A stretch of 64,000 bases of DNA, taken from the NCBI GenBank assembly GCA_918797485.1, contig CAKKNE010000001.1, forward strand, positions 4,154,001 through 4,218,000, read 5' to 3'. Below the pieces are notes generated by a model, which was given only the letters and a program-made list of their open reading frames with translations, was not told where the DNA came from and did no database searches. Made by a program: the position numbers and the translations under genes. Positions 1 through 10,067 of the stretch are shown here, one piece after another; position 1 is the stretch's first letter, and each line of letters starts with the position of its first letter. Source of the DNA: Pelagomonas calceolata. Lineage: Eukaryota.

Positions 1-345
1 CTGCGGATGCGCCTTCCGCTTTTCCGGGAGTCGAAGCTAATGGCCGCGGCATGCCTCCGGAGGACGACCCTTCCTGAGTCCGTTAAACGCCGCATCAGAA
101 ATGCAAGAGGGCGCCCGGGCCCGGACATTCCGCCCCTCCTCGTCAAGCGCATATTTCTCTGGTGTGCGCCGGGCTGGTTTGCGCCCACTCAAGCGCGTCC
201 GGAATATAGCCGTTGGATGTTTGCGCCCAATCAAGTGCGTCCCGAAGCTAGCCGTTGGATGGTGTGCAATGCGTTTCGGTCAAGTGGCGACGACGAGTCT
301 GGGGAGTGGTTCAACTTTCTGGAACACATGCGACGCCGCTCGTGA
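1..345 (+). CDS. Possible 3' end of a hypothetical protein starting upstream of the window
   Basis: Frame is open from base 1 to TGA at 343-345 and contains a ~14-aa imperfect tandem repeat (FAPxQxRPExSRWM). No family recognised. Confidence 0.3.
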   Translation: MRMRLPLFRESKLMAAACLRRTTLPESVKRRIRNARGRPGPDIPPLLVKRIFLWCAPGWFAPTQARPEYSRWMFAPNQVRPEASRWMVCNAFRSSGDDESGEWFNFLEHMRRRS

Positions 346-423
346 CATGGGAGAAACCGGACTCACCGGGAGGACGACTAGCCTAAGACATTTACACACT
401 ATCCTTGGTTCGGCGCGGAACAG

Positions 424-921
424 TCAGGACGCGCTCCGCAGCCTCAACCCCGCGTAGTAGCGGTCGTATTCCGAGGGCGAGACGTGCAGCGAGAAGTTCA
501 GCGAGAAGAGGAACTCCACCTCGAGTCGATTCAGCTCCTCCAAGGGAATACCGCCGAGCTGCGCGTAGAAGCTGTTCGGATAAAATGAATCGTCCAGAAA
601 CTTCGACGCGACGCAGACCGCCGTGATTAATAAACGGTGCACATTCAATGGAGACAGCCGCATGCCCAGCCGGTCGATGTAGACCATGCTCAAGACGAAG
701 CACCCGGGGGAGCAATCCGCGTACTGGCCTATTCTCTCTAAGTAACTTCGCACAGATATTGCTGGAGGTGTGAGCGCGCAGAACTTCGTGACGTTGTCCC
801 TCGCGTCCTCGTCGATCAACTTGGATACGACCGTCGCCATGACTATGACCATTTCCGACGACGGCAGCGGCGGGCTCGCCGCGTCGTCGAGCGGCTGCAC
901 CTGGAGGAACATGGAGGGCAT
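424..921 (-). CDS. PHO80/cyclin-U (P-type) family cyclin
   Basis: Cyclin box typical of PHO80-like cyclins: PPAISVRSYLERIGQY..CS..CFVLSMVYIDRL, NVHRLLITAVCVASKFLDD, GGIPLEELNRLEVEFL. Confidence 0.9.
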   Translation of the reverse strand: MPSMFLQVQPLDDAASPPLPSSEMVIVMATVVSKLIDEDARDNVTKFCALTPPAISVRSYLERIGQYADCSPGCFVLSMVYIDRLGMRLSPLNVHRLLITAVCVASKFLDDSFYPNSFYAQLGGIPLEELNRLEVEFLFSLNFSLHVSPSEYDRYYAGLRLRSAS

Positions 922-1347
922 CGCTACCGCACCGGCATGGTATCCGCCCGCATGCGTGCCTCGACCAGTTTAGCGCGTGCTGTGGCTCTAATCGGTGGTT
1001 CAGGCACTGACAGCTCTGGATGGGGCTGTGCAAACGCAGCGCGCCACAGCGCTCTCGAGGCAATGATGTGGACCAGTAGGCGACAACAATGTGCGTTCAC
1101 ACTATCGAAAACACCGGGAACGGCGGCTTGCACCTGTTGTTTGCAGTCGACAAACTAGTGTGTCACTACGCAAAGCACGGCCGAATTTTTGCACAGGCTA
1201 ATTTGGAAGCGCTGGCCGTTACTCGTGCGTGCGACGGCCTTAAGAGTCGTCGCCTTGCAGGGCCAGATACGACGAGGGCAAAAAACGCGGCTTCGCTGCA
1301 AGCCAGGGCTGCACAGCTGCCTCGCCGCCACCGCTGCGCAGACAACC

Positions 1348-2094
1348 ATGACCAAACAAAAGAAAAAGAGCAAACAAAAGAAGAAAGAAAACAACGGCGA
1401 CGCCGAAGCGCTCGCGAAACAAATCCAACAAACCACCTTAGACGAGACGCGGCGACGGCGCGAGGCCGAGCGCTCGCGGGAATTGTCCAGAGAACTCTGC
1501 GCGTCGCGCCACGATGGGGTGGAATGGTGCGAGTACGAGGGCGAAGTGAACTTGCCCGAGGTCATGCGTTTGGTCGACGATGATTTAAGCGAGCCCTACT
1601 CGATTTTTACGTACCGCTACTTCGTGAAAAATTGGCCTAGTTTATGTTTGTTGGCGAAGATCGAGGGCGAGACGGTAGCTTGTGTGGTCTCAAAAGCCGA
1701 GGTCGAGAATTCGCAGCTCGTGGCGGGCGAGACGTGTTATAGAGGTTATATCGCGATGCTCGCCGTGAACAATACATATAGGAGATCAGGTATTGGTACC
1801 GCTCTAGTCTGTCGCTCGATCGAAAGGATGCGCGCCATGGGCTGCGCGGAAGTCATCCTCGAGACGGAGACGACGAACACGATCGCACTTTCTTTATATG
1901 AGAAATTGGGCTTCGCGCGCGACGAGCGGCTGTTCAAATATTATTTGAATGGTGCCGACGCCTTTAGATTGTGTTTGCCGCTGGCGCGCGAGGACTTTGT
2001 CGATGATGGCCTGCCGCCGACGCCGGAGGCCTTCCGCCAGCTCTCGGCGGCGCCTCCACCTGGGGAGCGGGGGCGGAGCAAGTCGGACCCTTAA
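1348..2094 (+). CDS. NAA30: N-alpha-acetyltransferase 30 (NatC catalytic subunit, MAK3)
   Basis: Motifs DLSEPYSIFTYRYF, RGYIAMLAV...YRRSGIG, EVILETE..N..AL.LYEKLGF and YYLNGADAFRL. First ATG is at 1348. Confidence 0.92.
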   Translation: MTKQKKKSKQKKKENNGDAEALAKQIQQTTLDETRRRREAERSRELSRELCASRHDGVEWCEYEGEVNLPEVMRLVDDDLSEPYSIFTYRYFVKNWPSLCLLAKIEGETVACVVSKAEVENSQLVAGETCYRGYIAMLAVNNTYRRSGIGTALVCRSIERMRAMGCAEVILETETTNTIALSLYEKLGFARDERLFKYYLNGADAFRLCLPLAREDFVDDGLPPTPEAFRQLSAAPPPGERGRSKSDP

Positions 2095-2484
2095 GATGTT
2101 GTTTTGATCATACATCGGCGTCGCAGCGGTGGCCTGGAGGCCCACGTCCGCGTGGCGCGCCGCCCGAGTCCGCTCGAGTCGAGGGGCGGTGGCTGACGAC
2201 GGAAGGGCCGGCACAGACGACTCTACGGCGGCGCTTACGACTCGCAGGCGGCTCTGGGCAGCCGGCGCCGCTCGGGCCCACTAGGGCGGAGCCCACTAGG
2301 GCTCGTAACTCCTGGCGCAACGAGCAGCGCCTGGCGCGGCCGCGGGCTGCCTCGCGTGCTGAGGACTGCAGCGGTGGTCGCAGCGGACCGCAGTCGAGAG
2401 CAGGCGTGCGCGCAGCGGTCGCAGCGGCGGGCCACGCGGCCATCGTGGGCTGCCCAGCACCGGCGCCGCCGGGCGGACGCGACG

Positions 2485-5400
2485 ATGACCGTCGACGTCC
2501 CCACGCAATTAAGGGAGCTCGCCGAGGTCGGTTCACTAAGTTTCCAGCGAAGCGCGGACAGTCCCGTGCGGACGGAGTTTCCCAAGCTCGCCGCGCGGCT
2601 ACTCGCGAAAAGAGAAGCCCACGACGCCGCGATCCAGAGCTTTGCGGAAAAGTTGACGTTGATTTCCGACGGTATTGAAATAGACGTGAAGACGGCGAGC
2701 GATGGCGTCGTCGACGCGCTGGAAGCGGTTGATCAACAGACTGCTGCGATCTTCGAGGAGCTCAACCGAGATGAGTTACTAGTGACGAAGGACGCTTCTT
2801 ACTTAACAGAGACCTGGGAGGCCATCGAGGGGACGCTCAAGGATCGGCATGCCGTCATCCGAGACTTCGGGGCGCGCCTCGAGGGCCTTGAGCAGCAGAG
2901 AGCAAAGACGGCTGGTGGAGAACTGCGGAATTTGGTCGATACGCTGCTCAGGATCGCCTTCAAGTCTCCCGGAGAAATCGAACGAGTAGTGGAGGGCGAC
3001 GCCTTTGAGCTCAATGCGGTGATCATCGCGAATCGCAAGTCGCACGCGGAATTACTCGCGTTACTAGAGAAGAAGGATGTGGGTGTGGGTCTCGACGCCA
3101 TCGAGAAGTGGAGATTGAGGAGAGAAGCCTGGCGCCAGCTGCGCCACGATAGAGCAGTTAAAGAATTTTGGGAGGACCTCGAGTCGCAACAATTCGTGAA
3201 CCCTCCGGAAAGGAGTAAGAGGTTCGAGAAGATCCGAGCCGATCAGTTATCGAGTGATGAGCAACGTAGGAAGCTGATTCGTGAAGTGGAGGCGATGACC
3301 CTGCCGCAGTCGGCCAAAGCTTCCGAGGCGAAAACAAAATTTAAAGAAATTCATGCGAAGGAGGCCAACACGATCGTCAAGCATGAAAAAGCTTTAGATA
3401 AGCTTGTGATCAAGTCTCATGAGGCCGCCTTGTTGCGACGGGAAGATCTTAGACGAGAATTACATAGATATGGGGCACTCGCGGAGGAGCCTGAGTTACA
3501 TGAGTTCGCCGATGCTGTTGAGAGTATCGCGTTGGATCCGGAGCGGGAGGACTTCTTCCGGAGTGCTGGTGGGTTGAAACCTGAACTGAGGCAGTTGATC
3601 TCGGAATGTCGTCATGAGGACATCGTCTACGCTAGAGTACTAGACGAGGCCAAACGACGTTTACAAGTTGTGAGATGTGGTAGGGACCTCCATACGACGC
3701 TAGAGAAGCAGGGCAAGGGTTCGTTCCGAGACGCGCTCAAGGACACGTGTGAGAGGCTCAGAAAAGGCGGGCGGCCCGAGGTGCCTCCCCTACTCCCGAT
3801 CCTGGAGCAGCAGGTCGACCAGTTGCGAGCGGTCGAAGGTTTGGACGACTTACTCGTCTCGGAATTGAGTCGCGTGTCGGAGGACGTCCGCCAACTCATC
3901 GACGACATCGCTGATCAAAATGGTGAAATGAATGAGCGCAAGAGCATGGCCACGTCTCGCAAGAGTTCGAAGCGAGGCGCTACTACGGCCTACACTGGTT
4001 ATGAAGGTCCCGCGATTGATATGGTCGCCGTGCGGTCTGCTCAAAAACGAGTAGCCATGATGATGTGCGTGTGCGAGCTGGAGGAGGAACATATTTCTTT
4101 ATTAGGAGAAGTGCAGGACGCCTTAGAACAAAAAACGGTGTGCAATGTTGCCATCGACGAGGTCTGTACAAATGAATGCGAAGAAGTGATCGCCAAGCGC
4201 CACGAGGAGCACCTGGACCTGGCGAAGGAAGTCACACAGTACCTCGAGAAACAGTCTTCATCATTGTGCAAGGACGCCTGCCAGACGTGCGACTTCTACG
4301 AGCGCGTCGGTAAGGCCGTCGAGGCTAACCACAAAAACATAAGTGACATGGACGAGGCCATGGAGGACGACTTGTTTGATATCAAGGAAGATCAGCGCGT
4401 GAGGAACGAGGACACGGAAGAAGAATTGAGGCAGGCGTGCCACGACACGAGGCACGCGGCCGATGCCGATGCTTTGGAAATTGCATTTGCGAACGTGATC
4501 AAGCTGTTGACGGTCGTCGAAGACCAGTACCGGGACTACCAGCTGACGGCGCGTACTAAGGCCGAGGAGCACCCCGTCAACGATAGTAATGAAGCATTGA
4601 GGTTTGATGGGGTCGTACGTGCGTTGTTCGGGCTCGACGGGGAAGAAGGCTCAGATACGTATGTCGTTGGCGATGGTGCTCCTAGAACCGTGCGGCTTTC
4701 ACTGCCAGACTTAGTTAAGAGTGTATTAGCGTACGAGGAGCCCAAGGCCGAAGAGGAACCTCCTAAGGTCGCCATCGAAGGGGACGACGAGGAGGACGAG
4801 GACGAGGAGGAAGAAGCCGAGGAGGTGAACTGGTACGCCGAGGGCTTTGTCGAGTTGAGTGAGGAGGAGCGGAGGGAGCTGAAGGGGCGCACGCTCGAGA
4901 AGTACCTCGATGCTCGGGACGACGCCTTTACGCCGCTGGATGCCGCTACTAAGGCAACACTGTCCGAGGAGGACCTGGAGATCTACGAAGCCCTTGTGGA
5001 AGAAGTGGAACAACATCGGGCGGCGCGGGCATCCATCAGAGAACAAGGTGATGTCAGTGACACGCCGGTGGATGGGAACCAAGAGGTCTGCGTTTGCGAT
5101 GTGACGCTGCCGGAGTCGAGGTTGGTTGAATTATTAGATAAGTTAAGGGCCTCCGTCGTGATGGATATGGAGTCAAGGGCAGCAGCTAGGAAGGTCAAAA
5201 TACAAACGTTGACGGACGAGCGTCTCACGTCCTACACCGAGGAGCTCGAGGAAAGACTGAGGACGCACTGGCCCCGGAAAGGGCGGTCCGAAGTGTCCTT
5301 TCGGCAACCGAGAGAAGGTGAGTTGATAGCTCATCGACAGCGAAAAGAGCGACATTTACGAGTTGTACTACAGCGCGACCGCCTGCATAGCAAGGACTTC

Positions 5401-7443
5401 CTCAACGCTCTCTCGTCATCCTATGAGAAGGTCGAGACCTTCAAGACCGACCTACAAGCATTAGAAGATTTGTTGCCGAAGCAGCAGTCACTCGCGACGC
5501 TGCAAGGCGTCGAGTCGAAATGTAAAAAGCTAGCCGCAGCTTTTCATATTGAATGTTTGGCCGAGGTTGATGGTTTAGGGAGGTACACGGTCACGGAGCC
5601 CACGAAACTGTTTCAATTGAACGAGGTGCTGCTGAAGGCGACGCGGCTCTTCGAGGACGGCGGCGATTTCAGCGACGTCGAGAAGGAGGAGCTGCGAGGT
5701 AAATTGGAGCAGGTCGCGTTGCGGGTTCAAAGTTCTGTTGAACAGCGCAAGGAGAAGGTCGATACACTGAGGGAGTCGCAAGCGCAAGCGTTGCAGGGTC
5801 TGGCGTCGTTCAACGCTACTGCCGAAACTTGTTTAGATGAATTATCCTTGATGTACGGCCTGGGCATGAAGTACGGCGCGCCCCGGAGGAACGCGCAAGA
5901 AAAGATCCGGTCGAATCAAACGCTCGACGAACGGGAGGCGGCCCATTTTGATGAACTACTTGAAGCTTTGGCTGTGACTTGCGACGAGGTCAAGCACCCC
6001 GAGGACGAGGACGAATCTACACCGCGTTCCAAAAAATTATTAGCGTTGTTAGCTGCTATTAGAAAGCACGCTCGTAACAGGGCGCTCTACCTCAACTTCC
6101 TGCCCAAGCCCGACAAGGTGCCTGTTATCGATCAGATGGCGCAGACGTCCATTCCGGAACCTGAGGAGGAGGAGCCTGCTGCTGCCGAGGACGAGGAGCC
6201 TCCAGTCAAAGAGGTCGATCCTGATGATGCCATCGAGTTGGACGAGGCCACGGCATTGCTAGTAGCGGACAGGGAGGAGCGAGAAGGCAATTTAGCACAA
6301 CTTGTTGATGATGTGGAAGAGGCCTGCAAGCAGGAGACCAAGGACCTCTACACTTCAGAAGGCAAGGCCGACCGTTTGGGGGAGGACGGCGTGCCCGATT
6401 CGCTGCGGACGTGGCTCGCGGAATCGCGAAGGAAGGTGCTGGGCGAGGGTGGCTATAGGGAGAAGGCAGCGCGGCGGCTACGGGCCCAGGTCCAGCTTAT
6501 GGAGGGGTTGATCGCGAAGACGCCCGAGCTCCCGCTTCAGGACCCCGACGCGCTGGGCGCGCCGGCGGCGATCATTGCGGACGTCGTGAACCGATGCAAG
6601 GCCGAGGCCGATGCCAGACGAGCGGCGACGGCCCAGCGCTTCGGCGAGGCCATGCGCGCCTGGATTAAGAAGCGCGACGCCCACCGGTCGGCTTTAAGGC
6701 CGCAGCTCGGCTCGCCCGATGCAAGGGAGGAGCTCACGCAACTCTGCGAGGCGGAATCCGTGCGGCGGGAGGAGGTCAAAGAGGCCGTGAAAGAAGCGCG
6801 AGCAACGGTCGTCAAGGACGCCGCGGTCGTGGCGCGGCGCTTCCTCGGCCGCATGGCGTCGAGCAGTGCGGAGTGCTTCGGCACGCTCGACGGCCTCACG
6901 TACAACGACGACCTCGGCTGGCTGCCCGGCGACGAGAACCTTTTCGTGAAGCGCAAGTCTCTCAAAAGGTTGCGGAAGATGCGGCGGAAGGCCGGGCCCG
7001 ACGCCGAGGGCGAGATCTTGCGGGAGACGGGCTTGTCCTACGGCGAAGGGCGGGGTCGCCGGTTCCCGTCGCGGACGTGGCCGGGCGTCGACGCGAAGGC
7101 CTTTGCGAAGGTCGAGGAGCCTGAGCCGGCGGAGGAGCCCGCTGCGGAGGAGGAGGATGCCGGGGAGACGCCGGCGGAGGATGCTCCCGCGGAGGAGGAG
7201 GAACTGGAGGGCCCGTGGGCCGGCGTCGTCGCGTCGATGGGCGAGGCGCGCGACGCGCTCGTGACGACGGCGCACCGGCAGCTCGTGCGCGCGCGCGACG
7301 CGGCCGTCGCCGATTATTTGAAATACTACGAGTCGAGCAACGCGGACATGCTCGCGCACTACGACGCGCTCGTCGCCGAGGAGGAGTCCTGGCACGGGAC
7401 CTGGGAGGGGCTCGTGAAGAGTTTGCTGGTTAAGAGTTCTTGA
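2485..7443 (+). CDS. CCDC180: CCDC180-like coiled-coil ciliary protein (DUF4455/DUF4456-type)
   Basis: Intronless ~1650-aa helical/coiled-coil ORF. The N-terminal 'EIERVVEGDAFELNAVIIANRKSHAELL' and C-terminal 'HRSALRPQLGSPDAREELTQLCEAESVR' segments resemble the two conserved CCDC180 domains (recognised from memory). Confidence 0.7.
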   Translation: MTVDVPTQLRELAEVGSLSFQRSADSPVRTEFPKLAARLLAKREAHDAAIQSFAEKLTLISDGIEIDVKTASDGVVDALEAVDQQTAAIFEELNRDELLVTKDASYLTETWEAIEGTLKDRHAVIRDFGARLEGLEQQRAKTAGGELRNLVDTLLRIAFKSPGEIERVVEGDAFELNAVIIANRKSHAELLALLEKKDVGVGLDAIEKWRLRREAWRQLRHDRAVKEFWEDLESQQFVNPPERSKRFEKIRADQLSSDEQRRKLIREVEAMTLPQSAKASEAKTKFKEIHAKEANTIVKHEKALDKLVIKSHEAALLRREDLRRELHRYGALAEEPELHEFADAVESIALDPEREDFFRSAGGLKPELRQLISECRHEDIVYARVLDEAKRRLQVVRCGRDLHTTLEKQGKGSFRDALKDTCERLRKGGRPEVPPLLPILEQQVDQLRAVEGLDDLLVSELSRVSEDVRQLIDDIADQNGEMNERKSMATSRKSSKRGATTAYTGYEGPAIDMVAVRSAQKRVAMMMCVCELEEEHISLLGEVQDALEQKTVCNVAIDEVCTNECEEVIAKRHEEHLDLAKEVTQYLEKQSSSLCKDACQTCDFYERVGKAVEANHKNISDMDEAMEDDLFDIKEDQRVRNEDTEEELRQACHDTRHAADADALEIAFANVIKLLTVVEDQYRDYQLTARTKAEEHPVNDSNEALRFDGVVRALFGLDGEEGSDTYVVGDGAPRTVRLSLPDLVKSVLAYEEPKAEEEPPKVAIEGDDEEDEDEEEEAEEVNWYAEGFVELSEEERRELKGRTLEKYLDARDDAFTPLDAATKATLSEEDLEIYEALVEEVEQHRAARASIREQGDVSDTPVDGNQEVCVCDVTLPESRLVELLDKLRASVVMDMESRAAARKVKIQTLTDERLTSYTEELEERLRTHWPRKGRSEVSFRQPREGELIAHRQRKERHLRVVLQRDRLHSKDFLNALSSSYEKVETFKTDLQALEDLLPKQQSLATLQGVESKCKKLAAAFHIECLAEVDGLGRYTVTEPTKLFQLNEVLLKATRLFEDGGDFSDVEKEELRGKLEQVALRVQSSVEQRKEKVDTLRESQAQALQGLASFNATAETCLDELSLMYGLGMKYGAPRRNAQEKIRSNQTLDEREAAHFDELLEALAVTCDEVKHPEDEDESTPRSKKLLALLAAIRKHARNRALYLNFLPKPDKVPVIDQMAQTSIPEPEEEEPAAAEDEEPPVKEVDPDDAIELDEATALLVADREEREGNLAQLVDDVEEACKQETKDLYTSEGKADRLGEDGVPDSLRTWLAESRRKVLGEGGYREKAARRLRAQVQLMEGLIAKTPELPLQDPDALGAPAAIIADVVNRCKAEADARRAATAQRFGEAMRAWIKKRDAHRSALRPQLGSPDAREELTQLCEAESVRREEVKEAVKEARATVVKDAAVVARRFLGRMASSSAECFGTLDGLTYNDDLGWLPGDENLFVKRKSLKRLRKMRRKAGPDAEGEILRETGLSYGEGRGRRFPSRTWPGVDAKAFAKVEEPEPAEEPAAEEEDAGETPAEDAPAEEEELEGPWAGVVASMGEARDALVTTAHRQLVRARDAAVADYLKYYESSNADMLAHYDALVAEEESWHGTWEGLVKSLLVKSS

Positions 7444-7684
7444 TGAGTATCGTCTGTCTTGTCTGGGTGTTGGGGAGCACGCAATACGCGCACGCGGCTG
7501 CCATCCTGGTGCGGGGTCTGGCCCCATGGCCAGCGCTTTTCAGTTTGGTCAACGCCGCAACGCCAATGTTGGCTGCCTAATCGCTTTTTATGTTTGTCTC
7601 ACGCCGGAACGCCGGCGTGGGCTGCCTCAATTGCTAACGCTGCGCTCGCGGCGCCACTGATAAGGTAGCTACTGCAGACCATCG

Positions 7685-8602
7685 ATGCTGCCTGGCGGAA
7701 GCCATCAGCGGCGGCCCAAGCACGATGCTGAGGCTGGCCCTGCGGAGAAGCAAGTCGACGAGCCGGCGTCGAAGTACGCTCGCATGCAATGGTTCGTAGT
7801 CACATGGCTCGTTTGCGACAACGTGTTGCTCACGTTTGGCAGTCTGGGCAAAAAGAGCTCGCGTGCCGCTTTTTTCCACGCCGAGATGCTAGTCTTTCCG
7901 ATCAGTATAAGCCTGAACATGTTATACGAATTCGGCACACTGGACTCGTTGGCCATCGGTGGGCGTGCGCTTGTTATTTGGGTCATTTTCTGGCTCTACC
8001 AGGCGGTTCTTACACCCGTAGCGATGTGGGCGCGCGGAGAATCGTTCCTTCGGGGATTGATGCCTCTAGTTGCGTTCTTGTTCATGGCTACGGCATTCGG
8101 AGGGTTAATTCGAATCCTTCGGGAAGAATTGCGCGCTCTCGGCTCCCTGGACGAGACGACGCGCCGTATCACGACCAGATTGCTTGAAATTATGGGCCTC
8201 CAGGCAGCGCTGGTGGTTATAGGACTCACGCACGGAATAGAAAGAAGTGCATTTAATCGCATTTCCGCTACGATATTCTTCTCAATATCACTGATAATGG
8301 CCTGGCTTTACTCACTAGCCATCTTCGATGTCGCGGGGGTCGATGCTGTGGCGGCAACCCAGCTGAAACTCAGCCCCATAGAAGGCGCGGCTTTATCTTT
8401 CACCGGCCTGCTTGTACTCGCTGGGCTCGCCAGCTATATTCTCTCGGAGCAGGCGCGGCCGAAGAGAGGAACAGTTATGGTCGTGGGCGACACGTTCATG
8501 GTCTCGATGTTCGGGGCCTACTTTTGCACCGCGAGAATAGTCTGGGTCGCCCGACGCAAGCGGCGGTCGAAGGTACGCGAGGACCCGGACGCGCCAGCGT
8601 AA
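7685..8602 (+). CDS. Multi-pass (~8 TM) membrane protein, tandem paralog 1
   Basis: About eight hydrophobic segments. Shares FGTLDS, R(E/D)ELRA, GLQ/GIQ, MAW, PIE.AAL.F.G, SEQ and ARRKRRSKV motifs with the next two ORFs. Confidence 0.8.
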   Translation: MLPGGSHQRRPKHDAEAGPAEKQVDEPASKYARMQWFVVTWLVCDNVLLTFGSLGKKSSRAAFFHAEMLVFPISISLNMLYEFGTLDSLAIGGRALVIWVIFWLYQAVLTPVAMWARGESFLRGLMPLVAFLFMATAFGGLIRILREELRALGSLDETTRRITTRLLEIMGLQAALVVIGLTHGIERSAFNRISATIFFSISLIMAWLYSLAIFDVAGVDAVAATQLKLSPIEGAALSFTGLLVLAGLASYILSEQARPKRGTVMVVGDTFMVSMFGAYFCTARIVWVARRKRRSKVREDPDAPA

Positions 8603-8881
8603 CTAGAGTAGTAAAAGTACTCCGTACTAGTCCAGAAGACCGCCCGGGGACCTATCCAGAGCCGTCCATGCGGGCTTCTGGCTTTTGTGTGGGTTCTCGC
8701 GTTAGGACGCGTGCTAGCGGCATGTAAGACACTAGCATGTTCTGTCGATCCTGGACAGCGCGGCCCTGCGCGGACGCGCGGCGCCTATGTGCTGCCAAAA
8801 TTGAGCGGAAGGAGACATTTGGCGAGTCTTTCCACAAATACCTACTCCGCGGCCAGTGTGCGCTTGATAAAGCGATTTGTG

Positions 8882-9835
8882 ATGCTGCCCACCGGCTCGG
8901 CCTCAGGAGTGGACGACGACGCGGCCGCGCCGGCACGCCGTCGAGCAGGCGTGGCGGCCAGCATCATGAAGCAGCAGTCGGATCCCACGCCGGCTGCCGA
9001 GGACGTGCCGGCGTCGACCTACGCGCGTCTGGAGCGGTCCGTCGTCGCGTGGCTGGTTGCTGATAATGTTTTGTACACGTTTGCCAGTCTGAGCAAGAAG
9101 AGCGTCCGCTTGCCTTTTTTGCTGATGGAGAATCTCATGTTTCCGATCTGCCTATCGGTCTGCATGCTATACGCATTCGGCACCTTGGATTCGTCGGCCG
9201 TCCGTAAGCGCGTGGTCGTCATTTGGGTCAGTTTTATGCTCTATCAGGCCGTATTTTCGTTTATTTTCTGTTGGGTGCAAGGATATCCCCTTGCACGGGC
9301 GGTGGGTATTACCGTTTTCTTCGTGCTTATCGCCGCTGGCTTTTCCTGGCTCATAGGCATCATCCGTGACGAACTACGCGCCCTCGGCTCCTTGGATGCG
9401 ACTCGTGTCAAGCGACTATTCGAAATCATGGGAATCCAGCTCGCGCTTGTGGTCGTCGGTGCCACGCAGGGCCTCGGGCGAGGGGATATGCCACGAATCG
9501 TTGGAACGGTAACGTTCTCGCAGTCATTGACGATGGCCTGGTTTTATTCGCTGGCAATTTTCGATGTAGCAGGCGTAGATGTAGCAGTGGCAGGGACCCG
9601 TCTGCAACTCCGGCCCATCGAAGGGGCTGCCTTATTCTTCACGGGAACACTCGTCCTTGCAGGATTTGCGGCGTACGTAGTCAGCGAGCAGAACGATCCG
9701 TCGCGAAAGATGGCCATAGCTGTCTTCTTCGTGTTCGCCGCCTCGATGATCGGGGCCTACGTTAGCACCGCTCGCATCGTTTCCGCCGCCCGGCGGAAGC
9801 GCCGGTCGAAGGTTGGCGACGACCTACCAGCATAA
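8882..9835 (+). CDS. Multi-pass (~8 TM) membrane protein, tandem paralog 2
   Basis: Same motif set as 7685-8602. ATG 8882 (MLPTGS, compare MLPGGS of copy 1); ATG 8966 is an alternative start. Confidence 0.8.
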   Translation: MLPTGSASGVDDDAAAPARRRAGVAASIMKQQSDPTPAAEDVPASTYARLERSVVAWLVADNVLYTFASLSKKSVRLPFLLMENLMFPICLSVCMLYAFGTLDSSAVRKRVVVIWVSFMLYQAVFSFIFCWVQGYPLARAVGITVFFVLIAAGFSWLIGIIRDELRALGSLDATRVKRLFEIMGIQLALVVVGATQGLGRGDMPRIVGTVTFSQSLTMAWFYSLAIFDVAGVDVAVAGTRLQLRPIEGAALFFTGTLVLAGFAAYVVSEQNDPSRKMAIAVFFVFAASMIGAYVSTARIVSAARRKRRSKVGDDLPA

Positions 9836-10067
9836 AGATGGCGAAAACCTCCCTAAGTAAAACTCGGCTTGTTGCTAGTGTCTTACACTAGCGGATCTTC
9901 TCGCGCGCTGTGGATCGCATATGTCGCATGTGCCATTGGCCAGTACGGCGAGGCTCTAGCACCGCCGCAGACGTAGCTCCGTAGAAGGCGTCGCCGCCGT
10001 CTTGCAAGCACGGCGCTGCCAAAGCTGCATATGCGATAGGCTGCCCCGGTGAGCCGACACTGCCAGC

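Noticed and set aside
175..260. ~42-bp tandem repeat as a CRISPR-like array
   Set aside because: Only about two degenerate units, no unique spacers, no cas genes and a eukaryotic context.
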